From assembly GCA_964549615.1 (NCBI GenBank), contig CAZJVP010000104.1:57919-121918 (forward strand): a stretch of 64,000 nt of DNA, written 5' to 3'. The translations under genes and the position numbers were made by a program. The notes under the pieces are model-generated. The model made no database searches and was not told where the DNA came from. It saw nothing but the letters and a program-made list of their open reading frames with translations. This document shows positions 1 to 9,343 of this stretch, piece after piece. The stretch is from an uncultured Thermococci archaeon (GTDB lineage Archaea; CAYQAE01; CAYVLA01). Numbering within the stretch: the stretch's first letter is position 1; each line of letters begins with the position of its first letter.

Positions 1-155
1 AAGGACTCGCGCACGCCCACCAGAGGCCAGCAACTCTAATAACTATTACGAGGGATGGATCGGGCGCCGTTTGGCAGAGACCCCGCCGATGAACGATGCG
101 TAGGATTTATTAGATGACCGCCGGTCGAAGACCCAAAGCCGGGGGCGGTAGCGCG

Positions 156-1556
156 TTGGCTGCAAAGGAGAAGTGCGCAGTATTCTCGGCGTACTCTGCC
201 GACTGCGAGACGATGGTGGCGAAGTCCATATACTGCGGCCTGCTTTCGATGCAGCACAGAGGCCAGGAGGCGTCGGGGATTTGCACCTACGACACGGAGA
301 AGCTTCGCCTACACCGCGGGCTCGGCCTGGTCAGGGAGGTCTTCGACGACGCCGATCTGCAGGACCTCTTCGGACACGTTGGAATTGGACATAATCGTTA
401 CTCCACAACCGGCGAGGCCTCCCCGGAGAACTGTCATCCCTTCCTCATCAAGGGGACCAAGAACGGCATAGCGATCGCGCACAACGGCAATCTTGTGAAC
501 TCCGAATCGCTCAGATCGTATCTAGCAGGGCGTGGCCACGTTTTCACCTCCTCAACGGACACGGAGCTCATCGCCCATGTGCTAGCGATAGAGCTGCTGC
601 GCCATGACCTAGAGGAAGCCCTGATCAATACCATGAGGAGGATCAGCGGGGCATACTCGCTCGTCATACTGACCGGAAAGGGGGAACTCGCTGCCGTACG
701 GGATCCGCTAGGCTTCCGCCCGCTCTGTCTCGGCTCGTGCGGGGAGACCTACTACGTCGCATCCGAGTCCGTGGGGGTGGAGGCGGCCGGAGGCGCGTTT
801 GAACGTTCGGTTCAACCGGGCGAGATAGTGCTTTTTGGTGATGGCGGACCCAGAAGCGTGAGGCCGTTCCGTGAGAGGAAACCGGCTCACTGCATGTTTG
901 AGTACGTTTATTTCTGCCGGCCCGACTCGATCGTCGAGGGAAAGTACGTGCTGCATGTGAGGGAGAGAATCGGCAGGATTCTCGCTAGAGAACATCCCGT
1001 GCAGGCCGACGTGGTCGTCCCGGTCCCAGACTCGGCGAGGACGGCGGCGGCTGGTTTCTCCGAGGAATCCGGCATCCGCGCGGTCGAGGGGATTTTCAAG
1101 AACCGTTACATAGGGCGCACATTCATCATGCCGGATCAACCGATGCGCGAGGAGGCGGTCAGGCTGAAGATGGCCGCGGTCCGACCCCTCATCGAGGGAA
1201 AGAGGGTGGTTCTGATGGACGACAGCATTGTGAGGGGAACGACGACGCGTCAGATCGTCGAGATCCTCAGGAGAGCTGGGGCCCGGCAGGTTCACGTCAG
1301 GATCGGCTGTCCGCCGCTGAAGTGGCCCTGTTTCATGGGCATAGATATGGCGAGCAGAGACGAACTTGTGGCTTCCAAGCGTAGCGTGGAGTCCATACGG
1401 AGGAAGCTGAAGGCGGACTCGCTTGGATACCTAAGCATCGAGGGCCTCGTGCAAGCCATTGGGCTTGGGAAGGACAGCCTCTGCTTGGCCTGTCTTACGG
1501 GCCAGTATCCCGTCAAGATCGAGGATGAACGATACAAGCAGGCGCTGACTTCATAG
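156..1556 (+). CDS. purF: amidophosphoribosyltransferase (glutamine PRPP amidotransferase, Fe-S type with short propeptide)
   Basis: EKC N-terminal nucleophile, QHRGQE, GHNRYST, HNGNLVN, PRPP motif VLMDDSIVRGTT; Fe-S Cys in HCMFEYVYF, CFMGID and CLAC. Start placed at in-frame TTG 156 (ORF track starts at 114). Confidence 0.96.
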   Translation: MAAKEKCAVFSAYSADCETMVAKSIYCGLLSMQHRGQEASGICTYDTEKLRLHRGLGLVREVFDDADLQDLFGHVGIGHNRYSTTGEASPENCHPFLIKGTKNGIAIAHNGNLVNSESLRSYLAGRGHVFTSSTDTELIAHVLAIELLRHDLEEALINTMRRISGAYSLVILTGKGELAAVRDPLGFRPLCLGSCGETYYVASESVGVEAAGGAFERSVQPGEIVLFGDGGPRSVRPFRERKPAHCMFEYVYFCRPDSIVEGKYVLHVRERIGRILAREHPVQADVVVPVPDSARTAAAGFSEESGIRAVEGIFKNRYIGRTFIMPDQPMREEAVRLKMAAVRPLIEGKRVVLMDDSIVRGTTTRQIVEILRRAGARQVHVRIGCPPLKWPCFMGIDMASRDELVASKRSVESIRRKLKADSLGYLSIEGLVQAIGLGKDSLCLACLTGQYPVKIEDERYKQALTS

Positions 1557-1564
1557 GTGGTCGG

Positions 1565-2917
1565 ATGCAGAAGGTGTTGGTCGTGGGAAACGGGGCTAGG
1601 GAGCATGCGATCGCTGAGGCCCTGGCCCGAAGTCCTCAGAAACCAGAGCTGTACTGCTACGTCACGGCCCGGAACCCGGGGATCCTACGCATCGCACGGG
1701 GATACCAGATCGGGGACATTAGAAAAGGAAGTGAGGTGGCTTCCTATGCGAGCCGCATGGGCATAGACATCGCGGTAATCGGGCCCGAGGGTCCGCTGGA
1801 GGCCGGCGTGGTGGACGATCTGGAGAGCGCAGGGATAGTGTGTGCAAGCCCATCGAGGAAGGCGGCAGAGATAGAAACTAGCAAGCTCTTCGCAAGGTGG
1901 CTGATGGACAAGTACAGGATTCCGGGGAGGAAGGAGTGGAGGGCATTTGAGGATCCCCGGGAGGCAGAGAAGTTCATCGACGAGATGGCCAGGCCCGTTG
2001 TCGTTAAGCCAATAGGTCTGACCGGCGGGAAAGGGGTGAAGATAGTCGATCCGAGGGTGTCCGGACAGCTCAAGGATCTAGAGGAGGCCAAGGCGTACGC
2101 GAGGAAGGTAATCGAGGAAAGGATAGGAGGCGCGGCGAAGGTCTTGGTCGAGGACCTTCTCATCGGCGAGGAGTTCACGCTGCAGGCCTTCGTCGACGGC
2201 AAGCACCTGGTGCCAACCCCGATCGTGCAAGACAACAAGTTCGCCTACGAGGGTGACACGGGTCCTTTCACCGGGAGCATGGGGTCGTTCTCGGACAGCA
2301 ATCACCTGTTGCCTTTCATGACGGCAATGGACTTTTACGCCGCGCTGCAGGTGATGGAGAGGACCGTGGAAGCGCTCAGGAAAGAGGGCCTGCGGTACAA
2401 GGGTGCTCTGTACGGCGGATTCATCCTGACGGCGGAGACCCCCAAGGTTCTGGAGTTCAACGCCAGATGGGGCGACCCTGAGGTCATCAATGTGCTGCCC
2501 CTTTTCGAAGGGGACTTCTTGGATGCCTGCTGGGCAATGGCGGAGGGCAAGCTGCGCAAGTTGGTTCCGAGCTTTAAGAACAAGGCGACGGTCTGCAAGT
2601 ACGTCGCGCCCCAGGGCTACCCGATCGATCCGGTGAAGGGCGGCAAGGTGGAAATTGGCGACCTGGGAAGTTCCAAGGCCCTCATCCACTTCGCCTCCGT
2701 CGACGAACGCGATGGAGAGATCTTCATGAGCAGCTCTAGGGCCTTGACCTGTACCGGCATAGCCGACACCATGGTCGAGGCGGAGAGGATCGCCGAGGAC
2801 GCCATATCGAGGATCAGAGGCCCCGTGTTCCACAGGCCGGACATAGGCACCAAGCGCCTCCTGGAGAAGAGGGTCTCCCACATGAATCGGATCAGGCGTG
2901 GACGGGCCAATGGTTGA
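1565..2917 (+). CDS. purD: phosphoribosylamine--glycine ligase
   Basis: KVLVVGNGAREHAIA, IGPEGPL, GGKGV, EFNARWGDPE; directly follows purF. Confidence 0.96.
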   Translation: MQKVLVVGNGAREHAIAEALARSPQKPELYCYVTARNPGILRIARGYQIGDIRKGSEVASYASRMGIDIAVIGPEGPLEAGVVDDLESAGIVCASPSRKAAEIETSKLFARWLMDKYRIPGRKEWRAFEDPREAEKFIDEMARPVVVKPIGLTGGKGVKIVDPRVSGQLKDLEEAKAYARKVIEERIGGAAKVLVEDLLIGEEFTLQAFVDGKHLVPTPIVQDNKFAYEGDTGPFTGSMGSFSDSNHLLPFMTAMDFYAALQVMERTVEALRKEGLRYKGALYGGFILTAETPKVLEFNARWGDPEVINVLPLFEGDFLDACWAMAEGKLRKLVPSFKNKATVCKYVAPQGYPIDPVKGGKVEIGDLGSSKALIHFASVDERDGEIFMSSSRALTCTGIADTMVEAERIAEDAISRIRGPVFHRPDIGTKRLLEKRVSHMNRIRRGRANG

Positions 2918-4001
2918 ATCGGACCTTGAAGGGCCATGGGTGAAGGCTGACCATGCCTTCGATTCGGTTGCGAAAGCGGTGCCTAATGGGGATCGCGTCT
3001 TCCAGGTCATATCCTCCTACGATGACGTGCGGTTCTTGGTCGAGAAGGCGCCGGGGTACGAGGCAGGCGATACTCTCAAGCTCATAGCGCCACTTCTCGT
3101 TGCGCATGGAGCCGACGAACGATTCCTAAGGCAAGTCGCCGCCTCGCCCGACAATACTACCGTGATCCCCGGGGCAAGGGAGGCGATACGCTACATCAGG
3201 CGCAGCGACCCCTTCTATCTCATATCCACATCCTATGAGCAGTACGTCAACTTCATCTGCTCCTTCCTCGGAGTGCCGAGAAGGAATGCATTCTGCACGA
3301 GCTTTCCAATCGATCGCCTCTCGGCGGGCATCCGGGAGAAAGATATCCGCATGGTCAAGGATTGGACGCGCAGGATAGCCGCGATGCCGCTCATCGCAGT
3401 GGATGATTCAGGGATGTTGGTGGATTCCTGCCGGGAGGCGAAGGAAGCTCTGGACGAGTTCTTCTGGAAGATTCTCCCCGAGAGTTCGTTCGCGCAACTG
3501 ATGCAAGCGGTGAAACCGGTGGGGGGAACCAGGAAGTATGAGGCTCTCCTCAGGGCTCTGTCCCGGGAAGGAAGGTCGCTGGCCGAATCGAAGGTCATCG
3601 GCGACAGCATCACCGACAGCGTCATGCTTTCCAGGGCAAGGGACGCCGGGGGCCTCGCTGTTTCTTTCAACGGCAACAGATACTCAATCCGGAATTCGAA
3701 CGTCGCGGTGGTTTCCGGAAACTGCTGGGCGACGGCGGCCGTGCTTGAGCTATACGGGATCGGCGGGCACGAAGCGGTGAGGGAGGCGGCGTGCGAATGG
3801 GATTTGGGGGTCTTCGGTCGGTTGGAGTCCCGGGGCCTCTTGACGGCCGATCTGGCAAAGGAGCTTCGAATGGCGTTCCCCTCGGCAGAGTCCTTTCCAA
3901 GGCTCTACTGGCTGCAGGACGCTGATGTGGAAGCTGTCATCGCCGAGAGCGAGACCTTTAGAAAGAAGATCCGTGGGACCAGCATAGGTGCGCTGGGCTA
4001 G
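2910..4001 (+). CDS. HAD-superfamily protein of the archaeal COG4030 / EhaR-like family
   Basis: SDLEGPW (HAD motif I-like), YDD...GYEAGDTLKLI, ISTSY, IGDSITD, SFNGNRY; ATG 2910 overlaps the purD stop. Confidence 0.75.
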   Translation: MVESDLEGPWVKADHAFDSVAKAVPNGDRVFQVISSYDDVRFLVEKAPGYEAGDTLKLIAPLLVAHGADERFLRQVAASPDNTTVIPGAREAIRYIRRSDPFYLISTSYEQYVNFICSFLGVPRRNAFCTSFPIDRLSAGIREKDIRMVKDWTRRIAAMPLIAVDDSGMLVDSCREAKEALDEFFWKILPESSFAQLMQAVKPVGGTRKYEALLRALSREGRSLAESKVIGDSITDSVMLSRARDAGGLAVSFNGNRYSIRNSNVAVVSGNCWATAAVLELYGIGGHEAVREAACEWDLGVFGRLESRGLLTADLAKELRMAFPSAESFPRLYWLQDADVEAVIAESETFRKKIRGTSIGALG

Positions 4002-4912
4002 CACCCATCGGCGAGCTCTTCGAGCTGCTTTCTGGTCGGGAGGCCGGCCCGGGCTCCCAACTTCTGGACGCAGAACCAGGCAACCTTGGCCCCGATCCTG
4101 CCGCAGTCGGCCAAGCTCATTCCAGTCATCAACCCGTAGATGAACCCAGCGTTGAAGGCGTCGCCTGCGCCGGTTGTGTCCACCCCCCTGCCTCCGTAGG
4201 CAGGGACCCTTTCCTTGATGGTTCCGTCGGTGATGTAGCATCCCTTGAGCCCCATCTTGACCGCAACCGCTCTTGCCCCCATCCTCAGCAGTTTTCTTGC
4301 ACCCTCTGCTGGAGCTAGCCCGGTCATTAGCCGAAGCTCCCTTTGGTTGGGAAGGACGACCGCACATTTCTCAATTATGGGCTTCAGAGCAGCCAGTCCC
4401 CTTTCGGCGTAAAGTTGGCCTGGGTCCAGGCTCAGTGGGATTTCGATTTCCTGCGCAATGGCAAGCTGGGTTCGAAGCGAGAGGTCGGTCGATTTGCAGA
4501 CGAAGGAGGTCATGTGGAGCAGGTCAAAGCTCGCGAGGTACGCCAGATCCACGTCCTGCAGCGAGATGCAGTCGTTCACTCCGGGGTCGATGAGGAGGGC
4601 CCTTTGGCCTTGCCTGTCCACAAGGGACAGCCCGGCTCCCGTCCTGCCCTCGCAGACAACGATGCCGCTTGTTTCCACGCCCTCGGCCGCAAGATCCCTA
4701 AGCATGGCAGAGCCCTCTGGATCTCTTCCAACTTTGCCCACATAACCGGTGCGCATGCCAAGCCGGGAAAGGCCGACGATGGTATTTGCGGCCGATCCCC
4801 CGGGGTGCCACTCCACGGAGAGCACGAAACCTTCCTCCTCCGCCGACGGTATCTTGTCGACCAACGCGATCTTGTCCATGTTCAGCGCGCCAAACCCCAC
4901 TACGCCAGGCAC
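3998..4912 (-). CDS. PfkB/ribokinase-family carbohydrate or nucleoside kinase
   Basis: PGGSAANT, VGKVGRD, PNQRE, DTTGAGDAFNAG signature. Confidence 0.93.
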   Translation of the reverse strand: MPGVVGFGALNMDKIALVDKIPSAEEEGFVLSVEWHPGGSAANTIVGLSRLGMRTGYVGKVGRDPEGSAMLRDLAAEGVETSGIVVCEGRTGAGLSLVDRQGQRALLIDPGVNDCISLQDVDLAYLASFDLLHMTSFVCKSTDLSLRTQLAIAQEIEIPLSLDPGQLYAERGLAALKPIIEKCAVVLPNQRELRLMTGLAPAEGARKLLRMGARAVAVKMGLKGCYITDGTIKERVPAYGGRGVDTTGAGDAFNAGFIYGLMTGMSLADCGRIGAKVAWFCVQKLGARAGLPTRKQLEELADGC

Positions 4913-5004
4913 GGTCCCCCGTGAGGGAGAGGTCTCTTATAGCTTCTTGTTGGTAATGGGCAAATCCGTCAACATTTTTCTGTAACACTTTTCCCGGCTC
5001 TAGC

Positions 5005-5019
5005 GAAATATTTATATTC
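5005..5019 (+). promoter_or_regulatory. BRE+TATA promoter upstream of repeat protein 1
   Basis: GAAATATTTATATTC in an AT-rich gap; 14/15 identical to 48935-48949. Confidence 0.65.
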
Positions 5020-5100
5020 TCTTAGCAAAAGATTGAACAGCGCCGAAGTATTATACAATAATATGCAATACCATCCTCGGACGGTTACGAGGCGACCGAT

Positions 5101-5730
5101 ATGCTGGGCATGGGTAAGGAGAGCAGGACTGCGGACGACTTGACGAAGAGAGTCGCTCCACCCAAGAAAAAGGAGGATGTGCCGATGGCATCGGAGAAAC
5201 CCATCTCGTCGGAAAGGGAAGGTACAACCTTCATCTCCGAGATCGACAAGGAGTACATAAAGGCGCTCATCAAGCTCAACTACGCCGAAGAGGCACGCAG
5301 GCTAGTGGACGAGGCTTACGCAAAGATGAAGAGGGAGCCGGACAGCCTTCTTACCGAGTCGGAAAGCCAGGAACTAAGAAGGCTGATCGAAGCCGGGAAT
5401 ACACAGAGAGCCGCCGAGCTGCTGGAAGAAGCGTACGAGAGGGCTAGGAAGTTCCAGGAGAGCTTTCTCACCCCAGTGGACAAGGAGTACATCGACCTCC
5501 TGCAAGAGATGGGGGAAAGGGAAAAGGCAAAGATGGTCCTCGACAAGGCCAAGGCGGCGTTCGAAGAGAGGAAGAAGGAAGGAGAACTACATCTCCTGAC
5601 CAAGATCGACCAGGAGTACGTGGACTACCTCATGGAGATCGGCCAGAGGGAGAAGGCTCGGTCGCTGGTTGACAGCATCTACATGAGCAGGAGAACGGAG
5701 AACGAGGTCCTCGCAGACTTCATGGCCTAG
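5101..5730 (+). CDS. hypothetical helical protein with four ~40-aa tandem repeats (paralog of 48993-49550)
   Basis: Charged, helical composition; repeat consensus L(T/S)xxDxEYxxxLxxxGxxExAxxxxxxxY; own promoter; paralog elsewhere in the window. Confidence 0.85.
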   Translation: MLGMGKESRTADDLTKRVAPPKKKEDVPMASEKPISSEREGTTFISEIDKEYIKALIKLNYAEEARRLVDEAYAKMKREPDSLLTESESQELRRLIEAGNTQRAAELLEEAYERARKFQESFLTPVDKEYIDLLQEMGEREKAKMVLDKAKAAFEERKKEGELHLLTKIDQEYVDYLMEIGQREKARSLVDSIYMSRRTENEVLADFMA

Positions 5731-5751
5731 CTCCAGAGCCCACTCTCAGGC

Positions 5752-6984
5752 CTAAGTCACATAGATGGGGTTGCTGTAGATCCACGGTCTGGGCTCGCCG
5801 ACAAGCTCAACATAGGCCTCCAGGCGGTAGGGCCCCGGTAGCTTGGGCCTGTACTCGAGCGCGTCGGACTTGGCGCTTGCAACTAGCTGGCCGTGCCTTT
5901 TCAGCATCAGTTCGGCCGGCGCCGGCAGGTTCGCAAACAGGGTGGGCTTCTCCCCTGCAGCCACGCTGTCGCCCATGAGGCCACGGTCGCGGTCAGTCTC
6001 CCATCTGAAGGAGAACCCCGTCGGATTTGCGAGCCAATCGAACGCGACGTAGCACCTCCCGTTCGAGAGACACTCCATGATCGCGGCTCGGTTCAACCGA
6101 TCGAGGAGGAGATGGGTTCCAACATGGCGGAAGCTCGCTTCGTAGTTGTCCGGCCTGAAGGTGATTCCCCCACCAGGTATGCGGCGCGCGACCTCGGCGC
6201 TTGAAGGCAGCGTCGCGATCCTCCTTCCCGAGAAATCTTGGATCTGGAGATCTCCGACCTCATTGGCACGCAGATGGAACGTGTAGTTTGCGTGACTGTC
6301 GTTGGCGCCGATGCCCGTGGTCCTTGAGCTGCGCAGCATCCGATCCCAGCCGCGCAGATAGATATGCGGGGTCTCGCATATCGCTGACAGTCCGATGTCG
6401 GGATGAAGGGAGATTGCCAGAAGGGTCTCCACCAGCTTTTCCAACCCCGGTGCCGAGTCCGGCCTGAAGACCTCGGAGAGGCGTTTCTGAAGCTTGAAGG
6501 AAGCGTGTGCGTTGTAGATCTCCGTGCCGGTGAGACCCTCCAATTCCCAATCCTCCCGTTCCTCCAGGTGGGAAAGGAAGGTCATTCCGCCCTTCTCCTG
6601 CGCCTGCACGATCATCTCCCTCTGGGTGACGGAGTAGTCGAGTCTTCCCTCGGTGAAGAAGACCAGCAGATGCCCGGTCTCGGCGCCGGGCACGAGGAGA
6701 ACACCTCGCTTTCTTCCACTGAAACCGTCGGCTATCACGTCCAAATCTGAGCGCGGATGCTCGGTGATCATGACGAGCTCTGTGTCCGTCGCCCTTGCGG
6801 CATCCGTTATCTCGTCCAGGGACCCTCTGCTATCGTGCGACAGGGCTGAGTGGCAGTGAACGACGGCCCTCCTGTCCGCGGGCTGGCCGGCCAAGGGTGG
6901 CCTGCGGAGCTGGGAACGTATCGCGTCCAGACCCATTTCGACGCGTTCGAGGTATTCCTCTGCGAGCCGGTCCAGGGCGTCCAA
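5752..6984 (-). CDS. PHP-domain metallohydrolase (CehA/McbA-like)
   Basis: HCHSALSHDS, ITEH, PGAE, EIYNAH, ANDSH, C-terminal WIYSNPIY. Confidence 0.8.
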   Translation of the reverse strand: MDALDRLAEEYLERVEMGLDAIRSQLRRPPLAGQPADRRAVVHCHSALSHDSRGSLDEITDAARATDTELVMITEHPRSDLDVIADGFSGRKRGVLLVPGAETGHLLVFFTEGRLDYSVTQREMIVQAQEKGGMTFLSHLEEREDWELEGLTGTEIYNAHASFKLQKRLSEVFRPDSAPGLEKLVETLLAISLHPDIGLSAICETPHIYLRGWDRMLRSSRTTGIGANDSHANYTFHLRANEVGDLQIQDFSGRRIATLPSSAEVARRIPGGGITFRPDNYEASFRHVGTHLLLDRLNRAAIMECLSNGRCYVAFDWLANPTGFSFRWETDRDRGLMGDSVAAGEKPTLFANLPAPAELMLKRHGQLVASAKSDALEYRPKLPGPYRLEAYVELVGEPRPWIYSNPIYVT

Positions 6985-6995
6985 GGATCGATCCC

Positions 6996-7814
6996 CTACT
7001 CGATCTCAAGCCCGCTTCCTGCGTGCCGCCTCAGGTAATCCACCGAAGGCTCCAGGTCCCTTGCGGCGAGCTCCAAGGTCGTGGGCATGGGCCCTCGGCC
7101 CGCGTCGCCGCAATTCCCCAGCTCCGCCATCAGATGCTTAAGGTCCACGTTGCCGCGCCCTAACGCAAGGTGCTGGTCCCATTGGCCGTCGTTGTCATGG
7201 AGGTGCAGGTACCTGAGCCTCGGCAAGACGGCGGGGAGGAACTCCCTGACTCCGAAGCCGTGCGTGTTCCCGTGGGCCGCATCGTAGGTGAGCGAGACCT
7301 CCGGATCGTATGCTCGGAGTGCGCGCACGTCATCTGGCGTGTTCAGTATCCCGCCGCAGCTTTTCTCTTGGTTTTCGACGCAGACCTCCACGCCCACCTT
7401 GAGGGATTCCTCGGTCAACGTTTGCAGCATGGATACCGCCCTTGGAAGGTGGGGTCCCGGTCCGAGGGCAACCCCGATGTGGGTGTTCACCAACTCGCAA
7501 CCGAGATCGACCGCGAACTGGACCGATTCAAGCGCTGCGACAAGGGCCTTCCTTGCCATCCTTGGGTTTGGGCTGGCCAAGTTGACCTGCCCCTGAAGGT
7601 AGGGTAGATGGGCATAGCGCTTGAATCGATAGGACGACAATGCCTCGGTGAGCCAATCACGCATCCTCCGCGTGATGAGCCCGTCCCTGCCGAGCTTCAC
7701 CTCCACCCCTGCAAGTCGCAGACGTGAGCCAGCCTCCAAGACCTCTTCGCAGAGTTGCATGTCCTCAGATGGCGCAGGAACTGAAGCAAGAACTCGAAGC
7801 CTCAAGGCCATCAT
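6996..7814 (-). CDS. sugar phosphate isomerase/epimerase family TIM barrel (AP endonuclease 2 fold)
   Basis: VENQE, TYDAAHG, HLHDNDGQWDQHLALGRG, TLE. Confidence 0.85.
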   Translation of the reverse strand: MMALRLRVLASVPAPSEDMQLCEEVLEAGSRLRLAGVEVKLGRDGLITRRMRDWLTEALSSYRFKRYAHLPYLQGQVNLASPNPRMARKALVAALESVQFAVDLGCELVNTHIGVALGPGPHLPRAVSMLQTLTEESLKVGVEVCVENQEKSCGGILNTPDDVRALRAYDPEVSLTYDAAHGNTHGFGVREFLPAVLPRLRYLHLHDNDGQWDQHLALGRGNVDLKHLMAELGNCGDAGRGPMPTTLELAARDLEPSVDYLRRHAGSGLEIE

Positions 7815-8221
7815 CAGCCCTTAAGGATAACGAATCTGAGCAAAAGCCCGATGATCAGGGCCGAGATGATCGCGCCCACGAGCATCCTCCTCGCCGATTG
7901 AACTTGGTCCGAGGCGTGATCCCTGAATCTCGTTGTGACGGGTGGCCAGGCGGGCCCGGCCCAGCGCCCGGACTCCTCCTCCCTGTCCCATCGCTCCCAA
8001 ATCCTCGGGGCTTCGGCAGCTCTCCTTCTGCGCACGTGGGCCGAGTAGTCTTCCCAAGTGGTCTTCGCCAGCGGGCGCCTGAGCCCTTCGCATGCATGAT
8101 TTTCGGGCAGGCGATGATCGGGGCAGAACCTCCCGTTGCAGTAACGACATCGGTAGGGCATGAAGCTTCTCTGCCCGCAGAAATCGCACTCGCCACCATC
8201 GGATGACAAATCCCTATACAC
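7814..8221 (-). CDS. AN1-type zinc finger protein with C-terminal membrane anchor
   Basis: CDFC...PYRCRYCNGRFCPDHRLPENHAC; hydrophobic C-terminal helix. Confidence 0.85.
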   Translation of the reverse strand: MYRDLSSDGGECDFCGQRSFMPYRCRYCNGRFCPDHRLPENHACEGLRRPLAKTTWEDYSAHVRRRRAAEAPRIWERWDREEESGRWAGPAWPPVTTRFRDHASDQVQSARRMLVGAIISALIIGLLLRFVILKG

Positions 8222-8227
8222 CGCTCC

Positions 8228-9265
8228 TCAGCGCTTTCCAACACCGATCAGGCCGAGCTTCGCCGCCAATTTCTGCCTCGCACTCACTAGGACAGCGATC
8301 TTGCGCATTGCCAAGGAATAGCCCTCTTCCTGCCCCAGCAGGTCGGCAAGGGGGCGGAAACCGCAATCGGGCGAGAAAACCACATTCTCGACGCCGTAGC
8401 GACTTATCGCGCCTTCCATCTTTCTTTCGACGACGGCCGTGGGCTCCACCCCGTCCTGGTCGTTCGTGGGACTTGTGCTAACCACGCCCACGGACAGAAC
8501 CTTTGAGTAGGATTCTGGCTCATCTGGCTCGTAGGACTCGAAGTTGTGATCCATCCTCGAGAACTCGTGGCTTATGATCTTCGCGCTGGTTCCGAGAAGG
8601 ATCTCGGAGAGCTGCCTTCCGATCCCGCCGCACACGTGGATGCATGGGATCGTCCTTACGCCGTGCAAGGTTTCATCCAGGGTCTCGGCTACCAGGTCGG
8701 TGGCCTGCGCCCGGCTCATGGATAGCTCAAGGAGGTTCGTGCGCTTGCCGATTAGGACGGAAAGAAAGGGCTCGTCCACGCTGACGATCGAGCTCAGCGT
8801 CGAGTACCTTGCGCAGACCTTGTGGACGTATCCGGCCAGCTTCTCGATCACCCAAGGATGTTCCACCACGAGATCAAGGTAGCCGGAAGGGAAGGGCTTC
8901 TTCTTCGCGCCCTCGACCTTAAGCACGCTCGAGAGCGTGAACGGCCCCGTCACGCAGGCTTTGAGCGGGATCGTCCCTTTCTTGCCCCTGAGGATCTCGT
9001 GCGCGTCCTCGACCCAACGGCGGACCTCCTTGGTCACCACGGGCTGGAAATCCTGGGTGATCTCGAATCCATTTCCCTCGCGCCGGATGGTGGCCCCGTC
9101 CACCAGGGGGTCCAGGAACATGCTGTTCATATCGGCCAACTGCGGATAACTCACGAAATCGAGCCCGGCCTTGACCTGGTCGTCAATCGCCCTAGCGAAG
9201 TTGGCCCGGTTATTGGCCAGCGGAAAGCTTCCTATGAGGTTAGTCGCCAAGGGCGGGAGCTTCAA
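8228..9265 (-). CDS. core (single-barrel) MetE-like methionine synthase / methylcobamide:thiol methyltransferase
   Basis: IGSFP, VTGPFTL, VDEP, Zn ligands HVC and PDCG. Confidence 0.8.
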   Translation of the reverse strand: MKLPPLATNLIGSFPLANNRANFARAIDDQVKAGLDFVSYPQLADMNSMFLDPLVDGATIRREGNGFEITQDFQPVVTKEVRRWVEDAHEILRGKKGTIPLKACVTGPFTLSSVLKVEGAKKKPFPSGYLDLVVEHPWVIEKLAGYVHKVCARYSTLSSIVSVDEPFLSVLIGKRTNLLELSMSRAQATDLVAETLDETLHGVRTIPCIHVCGGIGRQLSEILLGTSAKIISHEFSRMDHNFESYEPDEPESYSKVLSVGVVSTSPTNDQDGVEPTAVVERKMEGAISRYGVENVVFSPDCGFRPLADLLGQEEGYSLAMRKIAVLVSARQKLAAKLGLIGVGKR

Positions 9266-9343
9266 GCCGGGGATTCCTTTGAGGGAAGAGCCCCGAGCTC
9301 TATTAAATGATTGTCAAGCAGGTTGACCCGAACGAGCGTTGTC

